From contig NC_068987.1 of NCBI RefSeq assembly GCF_001194135.2, forward strand, positions 50,270,102 through 50,334,101: DNA of 64,000 nt, in the 5' to 3' direction. The notes beneath the pieces were generated by a model. That model was not told the DNA's origin and made no database searches. It saw nothing but the letters and a program-made list of their open reading frames with translations. Source of the DNA: Octopus bimaculoides (Eukaryota). Both the position numbers and the translations under genes were made by a program. This document shows positions 12,822-25,879 of the stretch, piece after piece (position 1 is the stretch's first letter; the number at the start of each line of letters is the position of its first letter).

Positions 12822-13270
12822 GAAGGCAGTGAGCTGGCAGAATCGTTAGCACGCTAGGTGAAATACTTAGCGGTGTTTTGTCTGTCACTATGTTCTGAGT
12901 TCAAATTTCACCAAGGTCGACTTTGCCTTTCATCCTTTTGGGGTCAATTAAATAAGTACCTGTTATACACTGGAGTCGATGTAACTGACTTACTCCTCCT
13001 CCCAAATTTCAGGCTTTGAGCTTATTGTAGAAAGGATTATTATTATTATTGCAGGCTGGCAGAATCCTTAGCATATGGACAAAATGCTTAGTAACTTTTT
13101 ATCTGTCATTATGTTCCGAGTTCAAATGTTCCTGAGGTTGACTTTGCCTTTCATCATCTTGGGGTTGATAAAATAAGTATCAGTCAAGTGCTAGGGTTGA
13201 TATAATTGATTAGCCCCCTCCCTCTAAATTTCAGGCCTTGTCACTATAGTAGAAAGGACTATTGTTACTA
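12592..13270 (+). mobile_element. Three head-to-tail copies of an (ATT)n-tailed tRNA-derived SINE (~230 bp each)
   Basis: Repeated CTGGCAGAAT A-box, GAGTTCAAAT B-box and GACTTTGCCTTTCATC core at about 12592, 12823 and 13051, joined by (ATT)n tails. Confidence 0.85.
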
Positions 13271-13513
13271 TTGACTGAATCAGAAGGGTATCTAGTCCTG
13301 TCCATTTACATTGTGAATTCAAACCTAACCAATGTTCATTTTACCAGGAGTGGGGAAGTGTTAGTAAAATAGGTACCAGTTGAGTAATAGAGTTAACCTC
13401 CCCCAAAGTTTATGACCTTGTGTTTATATATATATATATATATATATATAAAATCAATTTTATAATCATTATTAAAATTTTAATTTACATATTGTTTGTT
13501 ATAAATTTTTCAG

Positions 13514-13706
13514 GGTAGCAGTCCACAGGCCATGGCTCTAGCCAGAGAAATCCAGAATAAACTTGGCAGTTTGCAGCAGTTAACCCAGCTGGGAATTGCT
13601 AACACAGAACGTAGTGGGATCCGTAAGCCTGCTCCTACAGTATCTGGCAAGGTAGAACAAGCCCAGAGATGGTTAGCTAATCCAGGACTTGATGATAAAG
13701 GACTTG
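13514..13706 (+). CDS. VCL: Vinculin exon (GSSPQAMALAREIQNKLGSLQQ...VEQAQRWLANPGLDDKGL)
   Basis: tttttcag|GGT acceptor, CTTG|gtaagg donor; 193 nt, phase 0 to 1. Confidence 0.96.
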
Positions 13707-14817
13707 GTAAGGACATGTTTTTACTTATTTTATTTTATTTGATTTACACCACTAACATTAGCCTAATATATTTATTGTAAGGGTTGCTATTTTGTTAAAT
13801 TGGACATACTTAATATTGTTGGCTTTGGTAACTTGGAAACTCTCATTGAATCAGGTAGCTTAGCTCCAGCTTATCTTAAGTTCTATTTTTTTCATCAGCC
13901 TTATAGGAATGTTTGTCACTATTAGTATTATTAATGTTGAGAGTAAAGCAACAAAATTTGCTAGAACATCAGAAAAAACGTTCTGTGGTATGTGTCTTGG
14001 CTCTTTATGTTGTAAGTTCAAGTCCCTCTGAGATCAACCTTGCCTTTCATCCTTCAAGAGTCAAAATAAATTTCCTCTCAAGCACTGTGGTCAGTGGTAT
14101 TGGCTTATTCCCTCCCTGCTTCTCTCAAAATCGTTGGCTTTGTGCCTAAATCAGAAACACTTATTAATGCAGAAAGAAAGATGGTGGAGTTTCGAAATGT
14201 TGGACTCAATAGCTAAATATATTTCATTCTGTCCCCATAAGTTCAACTATCATTGGGATCTATTTGAGCTTTCATCTTTCTCAGTTACCCTAGGTCAGTA
14301 AATAATCATCAATCATACTAGTTATAAACTGGTGTTGATTTAATTGTCTGTATATCTCATTTACAAATGTATGGCTTTGGTATCATTATTGATGCTAACC
14401 ACATTTTCATTGAAATACACTGCTTCTGTTTTCAATTAATATTAAAAATAACAAGGAATTTAATAAACTAACTTTGTCATTATTAACCTGAAGTTTGGAA
14501 CATAAGTTAACATGAAATTTTGATAGATTTTAAAATTAGATCACTTTAATACAGGAAGTTTTTATCATAGATCTAAGGATAGCCTTAAGTTTTTGGTATC
14601 AAGAAGATTAACCATTTTGGTACAAGACTTCAAAATTTATTGTTTTATCTTCAGTTTATTTAATTTTTTTTTTTTTAGCAATTTTTTAATACTGCTTTAA
14701 GTCTGAAGCTCTTTAATTTTCTTTCCCTTTCTGTAAGGCCTGAGTAACATTGTATTATTCCTGAGTAACAATTTGCCTATGGTTTTATGTTATTTATCTT
14801 CACTTTGTGTTATCCAG

Positions 14818-14963
14818 GTGAACAAGCTACACGCATGGTTGTTGCTGATGGGCGCAAAGTGGCCGAATCCTTGACTGGACCACAAAGAGCAGAGCTCCTT
14901 CGTCTTTGTGATGAGACTGAAATATTAACCAATCAGTTGGCAGATATGATCCGAAGGGGACAG
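14818..14963 (+). CDS. VCL: Vinculin exon (GEQATRMVVADGRKVAESLTGPQRAELLRLCDETEILTNQLADMIRRGQ)
   Basis: tatccag|GT acceptor, CAG|gtaatg donor; 146 nt, phase 1 to 0. Confidence 0.95.
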
Positions 14964-15702
14964 GTAATGATACTATCTGGAAATCTTGCCTTTAATATTT
15001 TTATAGTATTCTATGTGTTCTTCGTTTTTTTATTTTTTTTATCTCTATGACAATCATTTAACTAATCTACCACCCTAAGTCTACTTTGGGTAGTTGAAAT
15101 AATCTGTAGCTTGCGTGCCTTTTATGGAGTCCATTCTGTTGCAATCATTCGGGGCAGAGATCTCTGGTTGGAGATAACTTGATTGTGACTCTATATCTAT
15201 GTTAGAAATTATTATTAGCTTTGTCAAGGTAGTGGATTAGCTGAATCATTAGAATATTGCAAAAAATGCCTTGTGGTATTTCTTTTGGTTCCTTGTGTAT
15301 TGATTCAAATCATGCTGAGGTCACCTTTGCCTTTCCTCTTTTTGCAGTTGATAAAATGAAATACCTTCCAAGTACTGGGGTCAGTGTTATTAATTAACAC
15401 CCTCTTCTTTAAAGAATTGCTATCCTTGTACCTAAATTAGAAACCATTATGCCATTATTAACAAATTGATAAAAAAAAAAAATGGGTTCTTTTGGGTTTC
15501 ACATTTCATAAAAATTATGTTAAATTCTTTCTGGCCTTAGGCTACTTTTCTGAAAGATAAAAAAGCAATGTCAAACAGATAAAAATGCTAGTTGTAATCA
15601 GATTTAAATTCAATTTTCATATACTTTTGTATGTTTTTTGTTTTCAACTTCAAAAAAAAAAAAATTGATATTACTAATATTTATATTTTTTAAATCAATC
15701 AG

Positions 15703-15795
15703 GGTAATACTCCTCAAGCTCAAGCATGTGCACGCCACTTATCTGAGAAGTTACATGCTCTGAAGAACAAAATCGGTGAAGGCCTTGTTAATCAG
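15703..15795 (+). CDS. VCL: Vinculin exon (GNTPQAQACARHLSEKLHALKNKIGEGLVNQ)
   Basis: aatcag|GGT acceptor, CAG|gtattg donor; 93 nt, phase 0 to 0. Confidence 0.93.
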
Positions 15796-16342
15796 GTATT
15801 GTCAGTTATTCACAAAACTAAATGTTAATTTAAACTTTTTCTACCATTCTCATCTCCAACACAATCCTCAGAATTTATTCCTAAAACCAAATGGAATATT
15901 TCAAAACACAGATATCAAAATAAATGTCATATATTTGAAAGTAATAATGTTAAGTACAATAATATATCTGAATGTAATAGCATCAAGTTGCTGAAGCTTG
16001 GAACAAACTACCTGCATCAGTTGTTAGTTACCGAGACATTGTCTCCTTTAAAACCTCCATGCTTCCTGAAATTCACCAAAACTACACCTGATATCTCCCT
16101 CCATATGCATGCACACATATATACCATGCCTCATACACTGTTCACTTACCTAACTTTTGTACATAATTCTATGTACTGTACATGCACCTTTGATGAGTTG
16201 TAGTGCACCTGAGCACTATACACAATTAGTTCATTATTATATATANNNNNNNNNNNNNNNNNNNNNNNNNNNNNNNNNNNNNNNNNNNNNNNATGTATGT
16301 ATAAAGGTAACAACATTGCATGATAATCTACCCCTTCTATAA

Positions 16343-16498
16343 CAGTGGTGGACCCAAGGAGGGGCCTGAGGGGCACGTTCCCCCTTCAAAAAAAGAAGTG
16401 CAACCTTCTAAATAATGTTATTATGCCCTTTTCTCCTGGAATTGTATTCCCTTCTGACCTTGTACCCTCCGTTTGAAAAATTCCTGGGACCACGCCTG
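16343..16498. mobile_element. Small GC-rich inverted-repeat element, possible non-autonomous DNA transposon
   Basis: CAGTGGTGGACCCAAGGA versus TCCTGGGACCACGCCTG imperfect TIRs; no clear TSD. Confidence 0.4.
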
Positions 16499-16580
16499 CA
16501 TACCATTGTCTTCAGACATTTTACCAATGAATTGGTTAATAGTAATAATTTAATATTTTCTTTTTGTTTTATTACAACAG

Positions 16581-16650
16581 GTGGCAGAGGACTTCATTGA
16601 TATGACCACCCCTCTGAAGCAGTTGAGTGATGCTGCAGTTGTTCCTCTTG
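16581..16650 (+). CDS. VCL: Vinculin exon (VAEDFIDMTTPLKQLSDAAVVPL)
   Basis: acaacag|GTG acceptor, CTTG|gtaagt donor; 70 nt, phase 0 to 1; matches vinculin DVFSDTTTPIKLL-type motif. Confidence 0.94.
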
Positions 16651-17423
16651 GTAAGTTCTAATAACAGCTGTTGAATCTTTCTGAGTGTGTGTGTGTGTGT
16701 GTGTGGTTTTGAGCTGGTCAGTGAATGCTTGGTATAATGGCTTGCATTTTGATAAGAACTGCTACAGTTGTCTCAGGAGGGGTACAAATCGGAACTGCAT
16801 CTCATCTATGCTAATTTTCATCCTAATTAATTGTTATATAATCCTTTGCAGTCATGACTGTGTGGCTAGGAATTTGCTCTCCAATCATGTGGCTTTGGAT
16901 TCTTCTCCACTGTATAACACCTTGAGCAAGTGTCTTCTATGGCTCCTGGCTGACCTTGCGAAAGAATTTGGTTGGTGGGATATATATCTATCACACACAC
17001 ATATATACATATGTGTGTGACATATATATTTCATCACTCCTTGCATGCATGTATATGGGTGTGAGTTTGTTTGTGTCTCCTTGCCTTTATATAGCATGAT
17101 GTTTGTAAATGAGCATCACTGTCATACAAGCAGTGTGGTTGTTTCCCAATCTTCAATCAAAACATGTTTGACTATAGGAAATATTACCATGCTTAGAAAT
17201 TGGTGATGGTAGGTCACATGAAGGGCATCAAGCTATTGAGGATCTCTCAAAAAATTCTATCTGATTCATGTAAAGATGGAAAAGTGGGTGTTAAAACAAT
17301 GATGATGATATTAGTATGCTGTCATGTTGCCTAACTGAAACTTTAATTTACCTAATATTCTGGATTATATATTAATATGATAATATCAATTTTTAACTTG
17401 GATTCTCATCATTATATTTCTAG

Positions 17424-17575
17424 GAGTGCCTGGCCGAGAACAAAAATTTGAGGAAAAAGCACGTAACTTTTTAAGTCAGTCAGCAAAACTTGCTGAAACT
17501 GCCAACATGGTGGCAACTGCTGGTGGCTGTGCAAACAAGAAAACTGTTGAGGCTATTTTTAGTACTTCTGCTCAG
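17424..17575 (+). CDS. VCL: Vinculin exon (GVPGREQKFEEKARNFLSQSAKLAETANMVATAGGCANKKTVEAIFSTSAQ)
   Basis: tttctag|GA acceptor, CAG|gtaaga donor; 152 nt, phase 1 to 0. Confidence 0.95.
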
Positions 17576-17595
17576 GTAAGACTTCTTTTTTATTC

Positions 17596-17775
17596 ATGCA
17601 AAAAGGACCCCTGCTAGTGCCACATAAAAAGCACCCCTGCTGGTGCCATATACAAAGCACCTGTGCTGGCACCATGTAAAAAGCACCCATGCTAGTGCCA
17701 AATAAAAAGCACTGGTGCTGGTTCCACATAAAAAGCACTCATGCTGGTGTTATATAAAAAAAGCACCCAGTACAT
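17596..17775 (+). repeat. About 6 x 25-26 bp tandem repeat (AAAAAGCACCCATGCTGGTGCCACAT) at the head of a (GAT)n-tailed element
   Basis: Visible tandem units beginning about 20 nt after the exon donor at 17576. Confidence 0.85.
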
Positions 17776-18498
17776 TCATAATGTGGTTGGCATTAGGAAG
17801 GGCATCCGGTTGTGGAAACCATGCCAAAACAGGCATTTGGAGCCTGGTGCAGCTCTCCAGCTTGTCAGCTTCTGTCAAACGGTCCAACCTATGCCAGCAT
17901 GGAAAAATGGATGTTAGATGATGATGATGATGATTCTCATTATGCCAAAGTATTTTGGAACAATTTAGGGTAAATTAAAAATTCCTTATTTGCTTTGTGT
18001 ACAGTGGAATCTGGATGGATTATTTGAATATATTTTTAATATATTTAGGCAGGTTCAGACTCAAAATATGCTGGTGGCTGTAGGGTACTTCATAGGAGAA
18101 TAACATGTCTCTTTAATGACAATAGCGTGTTTAATGCACTTGGCTCATTGGCACATGGGGTTCTGAGGCACCAGTGCTTCAACATGTTATGGACTTTCAA
18201 ATATCTGGAGACAGTTATACTTGAAACAGTGTGTTTTAAAAATCATTTGTTACATTTGAAGTTTTAACGAAACTTTAGAAATTGTTTTCAAAGATTTTTT
18301 TACACTACATTTTCCATTTCCATTGTTTTAGCCACTGACTGTCTTCAGATGTCCTATTCATACCTGTGTACTTTATTTCTAATGTAGGTTAACATCAATA
18401 TTTTAATGAATACACCACCATTGCATAGCATCTATTTTAGCGCAGATCTTATCCACGAAATATATGTTCAGTATGTGACTCTATAATATTTATTACAG

Positions 18499-18676
18499 GC
18501 CAATGACTTGTCTCCTCAAGTTGTAAATGCTGCCAAAATAGTTCTGATCAATCCTACTAACCAAGCTGCTGTTGACCACTTTGATCTTCTGAAGAAACAG
18601 TGGACTGAGAACATGGAGCGTCTACGGACATTGGTCGATGAGGCCACTGATACAGAAGCTTTTATTCTTGCCACAG
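18499..18676 (+). CDS. VCL: Vinculin exon (ANDLSPQVVNAAKIVLINPTNQAAVDHFDLLKKQWTENMERLRTLVDEATDTEAFILAT)
   Basis: ttacag|GCC acceptor, ACAG|gtaagt donor; 178 nt, phase 0 to 1. Confidence 0.96.
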
Positions 18677-18929
18677 GTAAGTTAGAAACTGATCTAATGT
18701 GTTGATATTACATGCTGTTTCTGTGTTCAAGTGAAGATTTATTTATTTATTTTTTTGTATTGAAAATACACATATTCATTTCATCTTCACCATTACTTTA
18801 AAGTTTGGTTTTTATGCAGATATGAACTGGATATGTTTGCAGTATTGCTGTTTTACCTCAATGTTTCAACTTGTTAATGTTTACAGACACTCTCTTTCTC
18901 TCTCTCTCTCTATACATACACACACACAC

Positions 18930-18967
<38 letters not shown>

Positions 18968-20198
18968 GAATGACAACACTTGTATGAAGGTGACACACAT
19001 ACATAAGTGTGTGTTGCATTTGATATTGTTTCTGGTTACATTTTGTTTTTTATGAGGTGGTGGCTGAAATTATTGTGATTAGATATACTCACTACAATGA
19101 AGTTAGTGACTCAAATGCCAAATATCATCTTACAAAGCTTTGAGCACTCACTTATCTTACTTTGGCTTAATCCTTTACACTTGATTGAAACATTATCCCT
19201 GTTCCTTTTTAATATGTTATTTCTAAAATTAGTCACATGACATGTTTGGGACATGGCCAAGTTTAATATGACATAAAATATGCGTATGCACGTGTGTGTG
19301 TGTGCTCACAACTTGTGAAGCTAGTTGTGCTAAGTTATTGAGCCCATAGTCCATACTTCAGCTTTGCTGATACTCTATGAAGCTCATGTGCTATTCACAT
19401 CACCTCTATAGGATGGTTCTACTGCTACATAAAACCATTCTAGGTTACATCTAAAAGAAAGCCTTTCAACTAATTAATAAATATACACTCATCAACATAC
19501 TTCAACCATAAGCTTACAGAAATGTTATTTCCTATCTCTATATCTTCAACTTCTACCCTAACAGCCTGTGCTTCTCTGAGCTAGCTAATTGAATACTCAG
19601 GTTCACTGTCTTTCACTGTCCTATCACCACTATTATCTCATCCCCTTCTCCCATCTACTGTCTCTCATCTCCCTTCCTAATTCTTCCTCTCCAGAATTAT
19701 AACCCTTCAGAATCTCCTATGTCCCTCCTTTGCATTTTTCATGCAGACATTGACTTCCAGATATTCAAGCTAGATACTGGTTGCATCATTACCACGAAAT
19801 CTGAGAGAAACCTGCAAAGGTCATGAGCTCTTCTTTTGCTTGCTTTAGCTAAATTATTAAAGGGAAAAGTTTTCAAGCATTGTTGGTTAAGTATGGCTAC
19901 TGTTTTTTTTTTAAATGGTAAGCTCATCCATTTGATAAATAGAGATCAATAAAAAGAGCATCTGACTACACACTGGGGTCGATANNNNNNNNNNNNNNNN
20001 NNNNNNNNNNNNNNNNNNNNNNNNNNNNNNNNNNNNNNNNNNNNNNNNNNNNNNNNNNNNNNNNNNNNNNNNNNNNNNNNNNNNNNNNNNNNNNNNNNNN
20101 NNNNNNNNNNNNNNNNNNNNNNNNNNNNNNNNNNNNNNNNNNNNNNNNNNNNNNNNNNNNNNNNNNNNNNNNNNNNNNNNNNNNNNNNNNNNNNNNNN

Positions 20199-20261
<63 letters not shown>

Positions 20262-20300
20262 CTACATGCTGTTATTTAAATATTTTCTCTTCTTTTCCAG

Positions 20301-20498
20301 AACAAGGAATTCAGAAAGACAAAGAAAAGGTTGAAGAAGGAATTCGAACCATCAATCCTCCAATTATAGTTACTAACGCTTCCAATATTGCTCGGCGTGC
20401 AAACCGTGTACTGCAAGTTGCTCAACAAGAAGCAGAGAACAGTGAAGATCCACAGTTTGTGGAAAAAGTTAATTCTGCTTCTGATGTCCTGAAATCTA
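20301..20498 (+). CDS. VCL: Vinculin exon, D3/D4 (EQGIQKDKEKVEEG...SNIARRANRVLQVAQQEAENSEDPQFVEKVNSASDVLKS)
   Basis: ttttccag|AA acceptor, TCTA|gtaggt donor; 198 nt, phase 1 to 1; conserved IARRANRVL.VA..E.ENSEDP motif. Confidence 0.95.
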
Positions 20499-21319
20499 GT
20501 AGGTTCAAATTAGCATTTAGATTACTCTTTCAAATGTAATACTTATTTAGTCACATTATTTTGAATTAATCATGCATTATCTTGTAGCTTTGAGATTTCA
20601 ATGATGTGATTGTTTATTTTTAGAATGATATTGTAGGGTATGTGTAAGATGTCAGATCTGACCATATTGAACATAAAACAGGTAGAATATTTTGGCTGGA
20701 TATGGCTGGTTTAAAGGTTAAAGGGATGTCCTTTATTTTTCATTTTCTTTCTCAATACCAATATTGTTTGTTTCTTAAACTTATATAATCACGAGAAATT
20801 GAAGAGAATAGCTGTGATCTATACTGGCATTTTAGATATTTCTTCTCTCCATGATGCACCAAATAACTGAAATTTACTTAGCTTTTATATAACAAATTTT
20901 TTCATGCCTGTAAAATTTAAATTCTTTGTACATAACATTTAATAATAACACTATCACATTACCAAAGATTTGATCGTTGTATTCACTTGTACTGTGTGCC
21001 ACACTAGAATATTTATCCTCACCATGTACACACATACCACTTTTAATTGCTGTCAGGCTTTATTAGGTAAAACAAAAACCCAACGTTTTTTTAATGAAGA
21101 AACTGCAATTTTCAGTTTTATACAGGGCCTCAGTTTTCTTTTTAGAACAACTCAACAAAAATTTTCTCACTCATACCAATTTATTGTTTATTGTTATTGT
21201 AGGTTAATTCTGCTTGAGCAGAACTTATAGTTGACTGAAGTAAGCTTTCAGTTTTTACATATAGCTATAGTCACTCAATATATATATATATATATATACA
21301 TAGATAGATACATAGATAG

Positions 21320-21364
<45 letters not shown>

Positions 21365-23018
21365 NNNNNNNNNNNNNNNNNNNNNNNNNNNNNNNNNNNN
21401 NNNNNNNNNNNNNNNNNNNNNNNNNNNNNNNNNNNNNNNNNNNNNNNNNNNNNNNNNNNNNNNNNNNNNNNNNNNNNNNNNNNNNNNNNNNNNNNNNNNN
21501 NNNNNNNNNNNNNNNNNNNNNNNNNNNNNNNNNNNNNNNNNNNNNNNNNNNNNNNNNNNNNNNNNNNNNNNNNNNNNNNNNNNNNNNNNNNNNNNNNNNN
21601 NNNNNNNNNNNNNNNNNNNNNNNNNNNNNNNNNNNNNNNNNNNNNNNNNNNNNNNNNNNNNNNNNNNNNNNNNNNNNNNNNNNNNNNNNNNNNNNNNNNN
21701 NNNNNNNNNNNNNNNNNNNNNNNNNNNNNNNNNNNNNNNNNNNNNNNNNNNNNNNNNNNNNNNNNNNNNNNNNNNNNNNNNNNNNNNNNNNNNNNNNNNN
21801 NNNNNNNNNNNNNNNNNNNNNNNNNNNNNNNNNNNNNNNNNNNNNNNNNNNNNNNNNNNNNNNNNNNNNNNNNNNNNNNNNNNNNNNNNNNNNNNNNNNN
21901 NNNNNNNNNNNNNNNNNNNNNNNNNNNNNNNNNNNNNNNNNNNNNNNNNNNNNNNNNNNNNNNNNNNNNNNNNNNNNNNNNNNNNNNNNNNNNNNNNNNN
22001 NNNNNNNNNNNNNNNNNNNNNNNNNNNNNNNNNNNNNNNNNNNNNNNNNNNNNNNNNNNNNNNNNNNNNNNNNNNNNNNNNNNNNNNNNNNNNNNNNNNN
22101 NNNNNNNNNNNNNNNNNNNNNNNNNNNNNNNNNNNNNNNNNNNNNNNNNNNNNNNNNNNNNNNNNNNNNNNNNNNNNNNNNNNNNNNNNNNNNNNNNNNN
22201 NNNNNNNNNNNNNNNNNNNNNNNNNNNNNNNNNNNNGAAATTACTACATCGGTTTATAATCAACAATAATTTAATCCTTAAATATTCATAGCTACAATTG
22301 TTGCTGATTGCATCTGAAATTTGATAATAATAATATTTTGGTGTATCAGCACAGACCCTGTATATGTACCAGTGTTTAAAACCAATATTTAAGAATCTTC
22401 AAATAAAAGTGTTGACCTGAATGATAAAATGAATGCTTCAAAATCAATCCTCGATCAAGGTCAGGAATATTATTTGATACCATATTATATATGATGACAT
22501 CATAGTGAACCAAGTCTGTGACCTAAAGTTGATTCCTAATTGTGACTATTTTATGTATTCTGCTAATGTCTTTTGATAAGGCATAGATATTACAATTCCT
22601 ATTTCCCCAACTCTTGGGCCTGATCACTTTGAGATATCTATGATAGTGTGCTTGGAATGTATAAATATTTAAATCCTTATTTTATGAGTTGTATGTGAGT
22701 ATATGATGAAATTTTAGTTCAAGTTCTCTTGGTTACTTTCCGTGCATTTTTTTTTTTTTGGTTGAAATTGAGATGTTTTCATGAATTGAAATTAATGAGA
22801 TTGCTTATTATTATGAAGTAAGTCTAAATTAGAAATTAGAATTTAAGTCCATTATAAAAGGTAAATGTTTGCAAAAGAATTATTTTTGTTGTTTTTGGTT
22901 TAGATTATTCAGTTCTGATTGTGATTTTTGAAAATATCTCAAATTGAGAATTTATGAATTTGAAGTTAACACTGTTATGTTTGTATAATTTGTGTTCCTT
23001 GATTGCATATTTTAATAG

Positions 23019-23110
23019 CAATTACCCCAATGGTGAAGGAAGCGAAGTCGGTCTCTATCGACCCCAAAGATCAGGTTGCTGCAAACAATTGGCGCAAAAC
23101 AAACAATTCA
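23019..23110 (+). CDS. VCL: Vinculin exon, D4 (TITPMVKEAKSVSIDPKDQVAANNWRKTNNS)
   Basis: tttaatag|CA acceptor, TCA|gtatgt donor; 92 nt, phase 1 to 0. Confidence 0.93.
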
Positions 23111-24309
23111 GTATGTATCTCTCTTTCTCTCTTATTCTTTCCTTCCCCCTCTCTCTCATGTTGTTGGAGAGGAGATCCAATTTTTTAAGGGCTCAGAATT
23201 TTAGAATGAAGAATGAAGATTTTTGTTTGCCCCTTCCTACTTGTCTCCTCTTACAGTCTATCTCCTCTCACATATATGTACTGTAGAATTGTAAAGTTAA
23301 GGAAGGACAGGTGTGAGAACCCTCTCTGTCTCAACAGAATTACTTTTCATTGTCTCTCACAACTGATAATGGTAGATCATAACTGATAAACCTGAAAATA
23401 AGGAAGCTGTCACTAAAAACTGCTTTACAATAATGATTAAATCTGTATTCCTTGTTCTATACTTTGAATAAGGCTAACTTTGAAAGTTCACTCAAATGGC
23501 ATCAATGTTGTTATTGTTGCTGACCTCTGTTTAGTTCAAGCCTAAAAACACCGATTTATGATCAAGAGCATTCTAGCTTTGAGCATTTGTCTTTTTAGGG
23601 TATCAAGATCTATATTACCCTATGTGCCCTTGTTTTTAAGATGATATAGATCTTAGGGAAATTTGTAGCTGGTTGAGTAACTAGATAGACGACACCTTGT
23701 TGGCTCTATTGGCATCAATGAGGAAGAAGTGAAAAGTTTTGTCATTTACATTGACTCCCTATGCAATCTACCCTATCACTTTTGCATTCTCTACCTCCCT
23801 TTTCCCTCATTTCCCCCTGCCTCTAATCCCTTCCTTTCCCCATGTTCCCTGCCCACTCTCCCAGAAGTTTTAGTAGCTACTCTACTATTATTTTACTTTC
23901 TCCACTATCACCCTATAATACCTATAAATCTGTTCCTGTCATTTTGCTTTATCCTTCCTCATCTCTTTGCCTATAATTATTGCTCATCCTGTATTCTCCT
24001 TCAGTTATAGGGATTGCTTTAGGCCCTTAGCCTTGCAAGGTACAAGGTAATTAACAGTATTGGTAGTACCATGAGAAAAGCCTCCAGTATTCCCTGTAAG
24101 GTGGCTGATATTAGGAAAGGCATCTTTCCATAGAAACCATGCCAAAGTAGACATGGAACATGATGCAGTCCTACATATCATCCGATCCTGTTGAGCCATC
24201 CAATCCATGCCAGCATGGAACATGGATGTTAAATGATGATAATGATTTATCCATTGAATCTAATTTGTATGAATTTATCTCCTTTTTGTTTCTCTTTTGT
24301 TTATTACAG

Positions 24310-24424
24310 TTAATATCTGCTGTTGGCCAGGTGAGAAAATCTGTTATGGTAACACCAAAAGAGGAGAACAGATACACTCAAGCCTTCCCACCCCCACCAG
24401 ATATGTCTCAACTGAGTATCTCAG
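24310..24424 (+). CDS. VCL: Vinculin exon, end of D4 and start of hinge with FPPPP (LISAVGQVRKSVMVTPKEENRYTQAFPPPPDMSQLSIS)
   Basis: ttacag|TTA acceptor, TCAG|gtaaaa donor; 115 nt, phase 0 to 1; FPPPP is the class I EVH1 (Ena/VASP) ligand also found in vertebrate vinculin. Confidence 0.94.
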
Positions 24425-24983
24425 GTAAAAATATCTCAGAATATCAGATATGGGCAATATTCATCTTCTGAAGTTGTAAACAGTTTCTTTATTTGTATTA
24501 CTGCTGATTATAACTTCTTTGTACCTCTGATGCATATATTATTATTCCACACACATAGTTGATGATAAACTCTGTTTTCTGTTGCTGTAATTTTTTTTTT
24601 TACATTTAAGCTCTTTTTATTTTGTTTTCTTTGTACACTTGATACCACTTTTTTGGTGTGCATTTTAATAGTTTACTCTGTAGAAGAATCTTTTCTACAA
24701 CCTCACATTTATATTTGTGCATGTAATATATCTTCTGTACCCCTATGGTCTGTATATATATTTATATATAAACATATGCATGTGTTTGTATGTATATATA
24801 GATACTATGTATATATTTATGTATAAACATATTATGTGTATTTATGTGTATATAAATACTATATATATGTATGTTAAATGCTCGTATCTGTGTTTGTATA
24901 TGTACATAAGTGTGTGTGTTTGTAAGTGTATATATGTGTTTAAGTATGTTATGTATGTGTGTGTATATCTATATATCTATCTT

Positions 24984-25020
<37 letters not shown>

Positions 25021-25879
25021 CTGTATATTATAATTGTATTCTGGTAGTCACTTTGACCATTTAAAACTAACATCTGTTGCTATATTTATTTATATTGGTA
25101 TTTTGTAACATAATTTTACATAATCACATCATTTCTAGTTTTATAAATTCATTATTGCTGTCTATATTGTATGTTTGAACCTCAAGCATCATAATGTATT
25201 ACCTGGATTTTCTATCTTTTATAGGCATTACTTCTTTTTTTTTATTTGTGTGTTCACTTAAAAAATTTTTTTATTATTTTTCTCCACAGCATTGCATAAA
25301 TTGTTTTATCACATATCTATTATATAATTCCCTAATTAAACAAATGGAAACAGAATAGTACTCACATATTAACATGTATGCGTACATGTGTGCATGCAGT
25401 TTTATATATCTGTTGGTAATACAATCATATTTTAGTAGTCACATAAACCAATTAAAACAACTATATGCTGCAATATTTAATTCTTATTATATTAGCATTT
25501 TGCAGCAAATATATCAGCATTTCACATCCAGCTTCCATGCTGGCATAGGTTGATGGTTAAAAGCCTATATTAGATTGGGTTCATCCAGGTTCCTAATCTA
25601 ATGCAAGTTTTTAACCACGTAACCCATGCCAGCTGGAAAGCAGTTGTTATAAGATGACAGTGATGATATATTTGCAACCAAATGCTGTTCAAAGTTGATG
25701 ATTACTCCATCATTACTCAGTTTCTCACCATAAAACATCTTTCAGGCAGCAAAAATATATTCATAGTAACAGACTGAATTATAACTTCCGAAGCATTGGT
25801 AGAAATTCTGTAATCAATTGTGTCACTCGTAGGAATGGGGGTATTGCTACTATTAGTTTAGTTATAGAAGGTTCTAAGT

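Noticed and set aside
17596-17775. CRISPR-like array of short palindromic repeats
   Set aside because: No unique spacers, no cas genes, eukaryotic intron; part of a retroposon.
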